Shown one piece after another: positions 41,794 to 49,395 of a stretch of DNA of 64,000 nt. Below the pieces are notes generated by a model that saw nothing but the letters and a program-made list of their open reading frames with translations, was not told the origin of the DNA and made no database searches. Numbering within the stretch: position 1 is the stretch's first letter; every line of letters starts with the position of its first letter. Source of the DNA: Bythopirellula sp. (GTDB lineage: Bacteria > Planctomycetota > Planctomycetia > Pirellulales > Lacipirellulaceae); contig OZ244170.1 in NCBI GenBank assembly GCA_965216565.1, positions 4,544,001 through 4,608,000 on the forward strand, given 5' to 3'. The position numbers and the translations under genes are program-made.

Positions 41794-42164
41794 ATTCAGT
41801 TGCGATTCAAAAGGGGAGTGACTTTCAAGAGTGTATTCGACTATTCCACATTACCTGTGAGCCGAGAAATATCACGCTCGGCACGATGACGTTGAATCAC
41901 GTTCATACGTTCGACTTTATCAAGGAGGTTCGAGGCAATAAACAGTTTTGAGGCTAGATTAGAGGGAGTTTGGGAAATTACCGATTCACGATCGTTACGA
42001 CCCGCAAGGTTCACCCAAACTACGTCGATACAGCTAGTATTGCCGCTAGGGTGGACCACACGTGCTATCGGTTTTTGACTTGCCGCTGGGCTGATCTAGG
42101 CTTGAGAAGCGAGTCTCTCTGTGTTCGCTTCTTCCCCATTCCCTCTGCTCTGCGAGATTCTCCT

Positions 42165-43160
42165 ATGCAACTGTCTAAGGAAGCGAGCCACCGTCTGACT
42201 GCAATCCTGTGTACGCTGGTGGCCGTGGCAATCTTAGCGGCGGGCGTTACCGCTCAGCACGAAACGGGGGCCCCTGTCGATGTTCTCGCGAGATTGGAGT
42301 CGGACTTGCGGTTTCAGGTGCGATCTGTCTTCCGACTTCGACCCCGCGACGCGAGCAAGCGGCTCGGGCAAATCGATAAGGTGTTGAATGAATTTCGGGA
42401 GAATGGTCGTTCGAAGGATGATCAGCAACTGATGGCAGACTGGTTGCTACGGGCAACTCGTCGTTCCATGCCCGGTTCCCTGGCACCGTTGCCTGAAACT
42501 CCAGAGTTTGGCCGGACGAATCTCCCAACCACTTCGCAGCAGGACGCAGCAAGTGCTCCCGTTCCATCTGATACAACACCGGCAGCTCAGATCGAGCCTA
42601 GTGTTGAAACCGAAGCATCCAACCTGGAGCGACCGAGGGAGACAACCTCCGCTCCCAAGCCATCACAAACGAATCTGCCTAGTTCGCCCCCCGTAGAGCG
42701 TCTGGTGGCTCCCAAAGCTGCCACCACGCAACTTGTCAGTTCCGCCGAAGCAACACTTCTGGTTCAGCCGGAGCAAAGTGAAGTTGTGCTTAACCTCAAC
42801 GAGTTGTCGGCTCGCATTGCAGGATATCACTTGGCGTTGGACGAATTGGAAGCCGATCTATTCGAGAATCCTCAGCCCAACGAAGCGGAGATTGGCCGAT
42901 TTCTAAAGCAGCTGGCCAGCGTGCTCGAAGATTACCATTTTGTAAATCTATACTATGAGTCGCTCAACGCCCCAGAACGAAGCCAAGTGACCGCACCTCG
43001 CTCTGTGGGAGGCCTCGTGACCGGCATCAAGAGTCGTATCCAGAAACTGCGGCGAGCCATTCAAACTGATTTCCTAGGTGAGTTTGACCGTTCTGATGCT
43101 GAGCGTGTCGAACAGCTCAGCTCTCAACTAAGAGTGCTCGCCGATCGTATCACGTGGTGA
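42165..43160 (+). CDS. Hypothetical exported protein with a Pro/Thr-rich linker
   Basis: Hydrophobic N-terminal segment after ATG 42165; helical C-terminal domain. Confidence 0.65.
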   Translation: MQLSKEASHRLTAILCTLVAVAILAAGVTAQHETGAPVDVLARLESDLRFQVRSVFRLRPRDASKRLGQIDKVLNEFRENGRSKDDQQLMADWLLRATRRSMPGSLAPLPETPEFGRTNLPTTSQQDAASAPVPSDTTPAAQIEPSVETEASNLERPRETTSAPKPSQTNLPSSPPVERLVAPKAATTQLVSSAEATLLVQPEQSEVVLNLNELSARIAGYHLALDELEADLFENPQPNEAEIGRFLKQLASVLEDYHFVNLYYESLNAPERSQVTAPRSVGGLVTGIKSRIQKLRRAIQTDFLGEFDRSDAERVEQLSSQLRVLADRITW

Positions 43161-43183
43161 AATAGCTAAACTGCACTGCCTGC

Positions 43184-43212
43184 TTGTGACAGCCATTGGC
43201 GTGATTTAGACT
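43184..43212 (+). promoter_or_regulatory. Putative sigma70 promoter of the tRNA-Gly gene
   Basis: TTGTGA-N17-TAGACT, about 40 bp upstream of the tRNA start. Confidence 0.45.
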
Positions 43213-43253
43213 GCACCTAACTGCTCTCTTTGATGAATGCAGATTGCATGCAA

Positions 43254-43293
43254 GCGGGTGTAGTTCAATGGTAGAACGAAAGCTTCCCAAGCT
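43254..43293 (+). tRNA. tRNA-Gly(CCC), 5' half only (interrupted); probable left attachment site
   Basis: GCGGGTG-TA-GTTC AATGGTA GAAC-G-AAAGC TTCCCAA GCT, then the sequence diverges. No T-arm (GTTCGA) and no CACCCGC acceptor strand follow. Confidence 0.85.
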
Positions 43294-43873
43294 AATTACA
43301 CGCTACATCACCAAGAACTGACAGTCACAGAAATACCTTATTTTTCAGTGTTATATGGCGTTTCTTAGTCTTCTCACCGGGTCGATGAATCGACCTATGT
43401 AGTGCAGCATCGACCGGAAATGTAGTGAAGCGATGTTTTGGAGAAGGCGTGTCCCACGAACTGGACACCCTGGAATCCACTCGGCGAACTGCCATCATGC
43501 CTAGGCCTCGTGTTCTACCCCGGCCCCATCTGCCGATGGCTCCAATCGCTACTAATGGCCGTCAAATTCGGTTGGTGACAACCGCCATCAAAGCCTGTTA
43601 GTGTGACTCTGCTAACTTGTGCGTGCCGATGATTCGCGTCGGCATGCCTTTTTAACGGAGTTAAGTATGTGAATCGACGGTGAAGGCCCTGAATCAGCAG
43701 CTTCCGCTTCTGTGCGGACTGACTGGCGTGATGAAATGAGTGTTTTTGTGATTCTTCCAAATCGACTCTAACCCATTTCTTCAAGCATAGTCAACGGTCA
43801 ATCGACGAACGTCGCACCGGACTGGTACGCCAAGTCGAGCAGGCTCTTTGCCTCTTATCACGGAGGAAAAGAA

Positions 43874-44815
43874 ATGGTGTATTCTTCAAGAAACAGCAAG
43901 AGTTCAGTCCGCTATCGCCAATTCCAGCGAGGCTATGCCAAGGTACCAGCTAACGAGCTTCGAGCCGTACTCGAAGGCTATCGGCAGGGAGTCTTTCGAC
44001 GCAATGAAGTTCGTGTTTTCGCCGCTCGCTGGGAAGCTGAATCCCTTCATGAGGATAGCAAGGTATCAATCTACCGCATCATTAACTGTAAGTCTAAGTG
44101 GAAGGGTCACCGTCGCCTATCACACGCTCATATAGATGACGCTGTAACTAAGCTCAATAGGTTGCTCCCTGAAATCAAATTGAAGCTTACAGAACTTCCG
44201 GAAGATGACCGGCCAAAAACGTCAGAGAAACCAGTTGCACGTCGAGTGTTACGACATGTTGCTCGCGGCGGAGCAACAACCGTTGAGTCGTTGTTCTATT
44301 TTGCATACTTCATGCGTCGCATTCCAAAACGCTGGCAACTGCAACTGCTTAAGCATGGCGAACACTATGCTCGATTTCGCTATGCCGACTTCGAGGCATG
44401 GACAGGCGTGCATAGAGCCACTCAGTCGCGATTATTTCAGCGAATCCTAAGCCGGGGTTACCTCGACGCAATCGAGGTTCACAAGGAAAATGAAAACATC
44501 AATGGCCAACTCTTCGTCGACGGCCCAATGCTCTCCCTCGTCAGACGGCATCAGAGCCGACTACCTAAACAGCCTAATGCCGATGGAAGCGTCCGTAAGA
44601 AAAGGTCAACGCCTGCCACACTTTTGGTCAGCACCTCCCCGCAGAAAAAGTCAACGCTCTTATATAACGGAAATCCTAAAACAGAAATCAAAAGACCGGA
44701 AACGGTTTTCAATTTCAATGGGGGGATTTTTGCGGGGCATGCCGACCCCGAAATACGAAGGATTGCATTAAGAGCAGCTCAGATGACCGAACAATGCCAA
44801 CTGCAAGCAGCGTAG
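43874..44815 (+). CDS. Putative replication initiator (winged-helix) protein
   Basis: GGAGG RBS. Basic protein with HTH-like FRYADFEAWTGVHRATQSRLFQRILSRGYL, followed by DNA direct repeats inside the gene. Confidence 0.55.
   Translation: MVYSSRNSKSSVRYRQFQRGYAKVPANELRAVLEGYRQGVFRRNEVRVFAARWEAESLHEDSKVSIYRIINCKSKWKGHRRLSHAHIDDAVTKLNRLLPEIKLKLTELPEDDRPKTSEKPVARRVLRHVARGGATTVESLFYFAYFMRRIPKRWQLQLLKHGEHYARFRYADFEAWTGVHRATQSRLFQRILSRGYLDAIEVHKENENINGQLFVDGPMLSLVRRHQSRLPKQPNADGSVRKKRSTPATLLVSTSPQKKSTLLYNGNPKTEIKRPETVFNFNGGIFAGHADPEIRRIALRAAQMTEQCQLQAA
44598..44657 (+). repeat. Three iteron-like repeats inside the rep-like gene
   Basis: AGAAAAGGTCAACGC / TTTTGGTCAGCAC / AGAAAAAGTCAACGC. Cores at 44605, 44627 and 44650, followed by an A/T-rich tract. 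Confidence 0.55.
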
Positions 44816-45143
44816 TCGACGATTAATCGTCGAAATCAGGTTTCAATCGCTCATTGCCGTCAAGGTGTTTGTCGAACTGTACCTTTCACCGTGAAGACGG
44901 CTATTGTACTTGTCCGTCATGCTGGTTTCTATATGGTGCAGGTTGTCGTTCAGTAGCTATCCAAAACCTGAACCGGCTCTACGCATCTCATATGCTGTCA
45001 GTAGCCCACGTGCCCATCTACAGTGCCTTTCTTGCATGGCCGCTTTAACAGGAAGAATGAGTAGCCCTCTTCTAAGGGTCTCAATAGCACATGACTGCTT
45101 GAAACTCTGCTTGTGTTAGTTTTTTCTTTTCCAACCGCGTGAG

Positions 45144-45322
45144 GCTGCCAGAAGTTTTTGGAATCCGACCGATGCAACTCTGTGCCAGGCGTAGCCTGTC
45201 ACTAAACTTGCGACGGTGGATGTTCTTTTCTCTGGCAGCAACTCCGCTGCTTCCTCCTCTTCAAAAGTGATTGTCCTTCGGCACAGGGTGAAAGAACAAA
45301 TCACTTTTTTCCAAAGGAGGAA
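45144..45322. promoter_or_regulatory. Two adjacent long stem-loops (ssi/Frpo-like leader)
   Basis: Stem 1: GCTGCCAGA(45144)...TCTGGCAGC(45239) with inner pairings. Stem 2: TTCCTCCT..AAAAGTGATT(45251-45272)...AATCACTTTT..AGGAGGAA(45299-45322). Confidence 0.6.
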
Positions 45323-45325
45323 ACG

Positions 45326-45583
45326 ATGAAAAACAAACCAACACTAACCAACAGCAAAAGCAATGTTCATCTGGCCATCTTTGAGCAAACCAGAGAGGAC
45401 GGGGCAACCTGGTTCTCAACAACGCTCAAGCGGCCCTACCGCACCAAGGGCGGTCAATGGGAGCACGGCAGCTACAACCTCAAACAACTTGAGGCTCTTG
45501 TCGAGCTGGCTCAGCAAGCAATTCGATTCATCACTGAGTCAGAAAAGCTGAACCAATCGGCAGAGCAATCTGCCGCCGCTTAG
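45326..45583 (+). CDS. Small protein, possibly nucleic-acid binding (PC4/SpoVG-like beta-strands plus helix)
   Basis: Strong AAGGAGG RBS; pattern VHLAIFE..WFSTTLKRPYR..GQW..LEALVEL; sits directly before ardA. Confidence 0.65.
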   Translation: MKNKPTLTNSKSNVHLAIFEQTREDGATWFSTTLKRPYRTKGGQWEHGSYNLKQLEALVELAQQAIRFITESEKLNQSAEQSAAA

Positions 45584-45591
45584 AGAACAAC

Positions 45592-45617
45592 GGCTGGCCT
45601 AATGGGGTCAGCCTTTT
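45592..45617 (+). terminator. Possible intrinsic terminator/attenuator before ardA
   Basis: GGCTGGCC-TAATGG-GGTCAGCC-TTTT. Confidence 0.45.
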
Positions 45618-45642
45618 AACAAACACCATGGAGGAACAAACA

Positions 45643-46164
45643 ATGAACCAGAAACTGAATCCAATGATATACGTCGCTTGTCTCGCAGCCTACAACGCCG
45701 GACACCTACACGGGGAATGGCTCGAAGCAGCCAGAGAACCCGCCGATATTCAGGAAGACATTCGTGCTATCCTGCTAAGCTCACCCATCAAGTCGAGTGA
45801 AGAATATGCAATTCACGACTACGAAGGATTTGGTGACATCCGTATTAGCGAGTACCACGGCGTAACGGAAGTATCACATCTTGCTTTACTCATCGAGGAG
45901 CACGGAGAAGCGTTTGCCGCCTATGTCGGCCATGCTGGAGAGGAGTACGCCACTGAGGAATCGTTTCGCGACGCCTACCATGGCCACTGGGACTCAGAAC
46001 TCGCCTACGCAGAACACATTTTCGATGAGTTGTACCTCACTGAGTTACCAGATAATCTTCGCTACTATATCGACTATCAGGCCTTCAGTCGGGACCTCTT
46101 CCTTGAAGGGTATTTCAGTGTAGAAGCGTCTTTCGGGGGAGTTTTTGTCTTCAACAGCTATTGA
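45643..46164 (+). CDS. ardA: Antirestriction protein ArdA
   Basis: IYVACLAAYNAGHLHGEW, EEYAIHDYEGF, YIDYQAFSRDL; very acidic DNA-mimic composition; GGAGG RBS before ATG 45643. Confidence 0.95.
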   Translation: MNQKLNPMIYVACLAAYNAGHLHGEWLEAAREPADIQEDIRAILLSSPIKSSEEYAIHDYEGFGDIRISEYHGVTEVSHLALLIEEHGEAFAAYVGHAGEEYATEESFRDAYHGHWDSELAYAEHIFDELYLTELPDNLRYYIDYQAFSRDLFLEGYFSVEASFGGVFVFNSY

Positions 46165-46172
46165 TTATCTAC

Positions 46173-46192
46173 GCGTCGCCGCCTGGCGACGC
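46173..46192 (+). terminator. GC-rich hairpin after ardA
   Basis: GCGTCGCC-GCCT-GGCGACGC, 8 bp after the stop; no clear U-tract. Confidence 0.4.
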
Positions 46193-46479
46193 AATTACCC
46201 ACCTATCGAGCAGCACAAAATTTTTTGATTACGTAAGATGTTTTGAGGCAACAGGATACGCACATCCAACGATTCGTAATCTGAAAATTTACTTTTTGAC
46301 GGTTGTTTTGGTCGGTTTTACCTGTAAAATGCATGCAGCCCAGGGCGGTAACCCTGGGCTGACGCGTGCCGGGTGGGCCCGGCCTTCAAATTGAACAGCT
46401 GAAGTATACCTGGCCCGTTTCCACTTAGCAAGATTCTGAGAGTGTTTCTCGGGCCCCGGCACGCGTCTTACCTTCCCAT

Positions 46480-47850
46480 ATGGAGGAAATGGCTGTGCCC
46501 ATTTCTACTCAAAACCGCGTGGATGGCTTGCCTGAGGCAGAGACTTCAGCCCCATCCGACCTTCCTGCCGATGCCTTTCAATCCATTGAAGTCGATGGTG
46601 ATGAAATCCGCATCGACAACTTTTGCTTCCGCAGCCACGAACTAGCCGACTATCTGAGGCCAATTGCTGTCGAGCAGTGGCCGCATGAAGTCACCAAAGC
46701 TATCGAGTTGGGCGTCTTCTGTCTGGTTCGAGCTACCGCTTCGCGGGACGCTGAGTTTGTAAAGCACCAAGCCGAACGCGTTATCAACACCGTTGAGTCT
46801 CGGGTCGGTGCTCTACCTAAGCAACTTCGCGACGAATTGATGGCGAAAATTGGTACTGGCGATGGCCAGGTCTTGAAGCCAGTCAATGACCTTATTGACC
46901 GGGTCACTAAGGCACTCGGTGACCGTGTGACCGAGGTCAAGAACCTGTTCGGCGAGAACTTGGACCCTGAAAAGGAATCGTCATCGCTAGGCCAAACACT
47001 CAAAGCCGTTGCTGGCATGGTCGACCCGCAGAGAAAGGACTCTATCCAATCCACTGTCGAATCCGCCATCAAGGGGATTAGCGGTGGGGACGGGGCTTTG
47101 GCCAAGACTGTCAAAGATGTAGTGACAGAAGTTCTGAAGCCATTGAAAGAAGAGTTTGACTTGTTGGCGAAAGAGTTTCGCGGTCAAGAAGCTGCTCAAG
47201 AAGCACTTCAGCAGACGACCCAGAAGGGCCGCCCCTACGAAGAGCTAGTTGTCGACCTGTTGCGTCCTTGGACTCAGGCCGTCGGAGCTGGTCTCGATGA
47301 CCTTGGTGCTGATAATAAACCAGGTGACGTTGTCATCAGTGTGCCGGACTCAACGTTCGGTGGCAGCGAATTTCGCATCGTCATTGAAGCTCGAAATCGC
47401 GATTCTGCGAAGGGTCGGAAAGCCATTGCCGAAGACCTAGATAAGAAAATGGTGGAGCGTTCGGCGAACGCAGCCATTTACCTAAGTCGCACCGAAGCGG
47501 GCTTGGCTCGTGAGATTGGTGACTGGTCAGAGGGCGAGTCCGAACTTGGACCCTGGGTCGCGACAACCCAAGACCACCTACTGACGGCGGTTCGATTCCT
47601 AATCGCCATGCAAAGGCTCCGGTCCCTGAAGTCGGAGGCACCTACGTTCGACGCCGCGATGTTGGAAAACCAAATCGAACGTATTCGTACTTCGCTGAAG
47701 CGGATTCAGTCAATCAATCGCAAAGTGACGAATGCCCGCGATTGCGTTGACGACATCAGCACGGAAGCCAACACCTTACGCGACGAGATTAAAGACGCCC
47801 TTGTGAATATCGAAGACGCTATTCTCAAGGCCGCAAAGGTATCCGATTGA
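46480..47850 (+). CDS. Coiled-coil protein with a PD-(D/E)xK-like domain (RmuC/DUF2130-like)
   Basis: Long helical N- and C-terminal regions flank KGRPYEE...PGDVVI...IVIEARN. Start may be ATG 46489. Confidence 0.55.
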   Translation: MEEMAVPISTQNRVDGLPEAETSAPSDLPADAFQSIEVDGDEIRIDNFCFRSHELADYLRPIAVEQWPHEVTKAIELGVFCLVRATASRDAEFVKHQAERVINTVESRVGALPKQLRDELMAKIGTGDGQVLKPVNDLIDRVTKALGDRVTEVKNLFGENLDPEKESSSLGQTLKAVAGMVDPQRKDSIQSTVESAIKGISGGDGALAKTVKDVVTEVLKPLKEEFDLLAKEFRGQEAAQEALQQTTQKGRPYEELVVDLLRPWTQAVGAGLDDLGADNKPGDVVISVPDSTFGGSEFRIVIEARNRDSAKGRKAIAEDLDKKMVERSANAAIYLSRTEAGLAREIGDWSEGESELGPWVATTQDHLLTAVRFLIAMQRLRSLKSEAPTFDAAMLENQIERIRTSLKRIQSINRKVTNARDCVDDISTEANTLRDEIKDALVNIEDAILKAAKVSD

Positions 47851-47875
47851 CCCTTCACGTGCGGTCTGGGCGACA

Positions 47876-48517
47876 ATGGCACCCAGACCGCACGGTTTAA
47901 CTGCCTTGGATTGGAGACGTGCTTTGAAAGGCACACAAAAACAACTTGGTGACATCGCAACCATCTTCGTCGGCATGCCAACGAAGCAGTCCCAGCTCAA
48001 CGATTATGGGCCAGCGGGCAACGTGTTGACGGTGCGTGCCTTAGAGGAGTTTGGGATTGATGTTACGCAACTAGTACGCGTTGACCTCAAGTCCCGCGAT
48101 GTTGACAAATACAAGGCACGAGCCAATGACCTTGTGCTCACAGCTCGGAGCACTTCTTTACGGATGGCAATCGTACCAGAAAAGATGGATGGAATAGTAC
48201 TCAACTCGACATTGGTAGCCATACGCTCACTGCCCGTGCTCGAACCACGCTTGTTGGCGGCCTACCTCAAACACCCTGCTGGCCAAGCGGCCCTAGAAGC
48301 GGTCGCCCAAAGTGGCTCGCTACAACTCAACTTCACGGTACAGGCAGTCAGTAAACTCACAGTTCCTGTGCCACCAATGGAGACACAACGTCGGATGGTT
48401 GAAATTCTCGAAGCCGCAGACGCTGCCTACGAGTCAGCAGGTACCGCAGCAAGACTACGCCATCAACTCGCCAACGAGATTGTCGTCGACCATTTGCAGG
48501 AGGTCGCAACACGATGA
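47876..48517 (+). CDS. Half-size HsdS-like protein (single target-recognition domain)
   Basis: LGDIATIFVG, NDLVLTARS, LLAAYLKH, LTVPVPPMETQRRMV; one TRD plus conserved helix. Alternative TTG start at 47924. Confidence 0.8.
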   Translation: MAPRPHGLTALDWRRALKGTQKQLGDIATIFVGMPTKQSQLNDYGPAGNVLTVRALEEFGIDVTQLVRVDLKSRDVDKYKARANDLVLTARSTSLRMAIVPEKMDGIVLNSTLVAIRSLPVLEPRLLAAYLKHPAGQAALEAVAQSGSLQLNFTVQAVSKLTVPVPPMETQRRMVEILEAADAAYESAGTAARLRHQLANEIVVDHLQEVATR

Positions 48518-49374
48518 CCACAGCACCCTCAGCAATTATCTACGTTCACGGCATTAGTCAGCACGACATCGGTTACTCCGACGCTTGGCACCAAGCCCTG
48601 GAGCCTCACCTATCGCATTCCATAGCAAAGTATGAAGTGCGATGGAGCGACCTCGTCAATGCTATGGCGATGGCCTACGGCGACGATGCCCAGAGTGCGG
48701 CGAACGCCGCCGAAGAGGAAGAGCTTCGGCGAGAAATCGAACGCGAGCTAGAAGCTCGCAAGCTACGAAATGGCCAAACGCGAGCCCTGGCAGTATCTCG
48801 TGGTGCTGAAGGAGTATACGGAGGTAGCGGCTTCGCCCTCGATGATTTTGTTCGCTACATGACTTGGGAAAGCACTCGCAACAGCATCCTTGCCAGATTC
48901 GACGATATTGTCACGCCGCTACTTCGCGATGGACACAAACTCCACATTATCGCTCACAGTTGGGGCACCGTCGTCAGCTATGAAGGACTACGTCGGTTGG
49001 ACGACGCTGGTCTTCCCGGTCGCGTAGCCAATTTCATTGTGCTTGGCAGTGCCCTCTCAATTGGTCCCGTCCAGCGAAACCTTTTCGGACGTGTCGCAGA
49101 TGGTCGTCGTCCGCAACTCGTGGAAAACTTCGTTAACATTGATGCAGGCGGCGATGTCGTGGGTGGCCCAATTTCTCCACCGTTTGACGACGTTGTAGAG
49201 TTTCTACAGCGTGTTCCAACGGGGTGCTCGATGTTTCGGTTTCGTCGCTTACTAGGTCACCCTACTGCACGCAATCCAGGTTGTGCCCACAGTTCGTACT
49301 TTCAGTCCGAGAATAAAGCAGTCCAACGAGACATTGTCGCCCGCTACATCAATCAATCTATTACAAATAGTTAA
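48514..49374 (+). CDS. Alpha/beta-hydrolase fold protein
   Basis: IIYVHGI oxyanion strand, nucleophile elbow IIAHSWGT, DAGGDVV (Asp), AHSSYF (His). ATGA overlap with the upstream gene. Confidence 0.8.
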   Translation: MTTAPSAIIYVHGISQHDIGYSDAWHQALEPHLSHSIAKYEVRWSDLVNAMAMAYGDDAQSAANAAEEEELRREIERELEARKLRNGQTRALAVSRGAEGVYGGSGFALDDFVRYMTWESTRNSILARFDDIVTPLLRDGHKLHIIAHSWGTVVSYEGLRRLDDAGLPGRVANFIVLGSALSIGPVQRNLFGRVADGRRPQLVENFVNIDAGGDVVGGPISPPFDDVVEFLQRVPTGCSMFRFRRLLGHPTARNPGCAHSSYFQSENKAVQRDIVARYINQSITNS

Positions 49375-49395
49375 TACTCCGAAAGGATTCCCAAT

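Noticed and set aside
43254..43340. Intact or intron-containing tRNA-Gly
   Set aside because: No T-arm or complementary acceptor strand follows. The break is after the anticodon loop, not at a typical group I intron position, and no intron core was recognised.
43497..43601. Short ORF MPRPRVLPRPHL... as a possible integrase N-terminal remnant next to the att site
   Set aside because: Only 34 codons, with no tyrosine- or serine-recombinase motifs in nearby frames. No integrase can be supported in this window.
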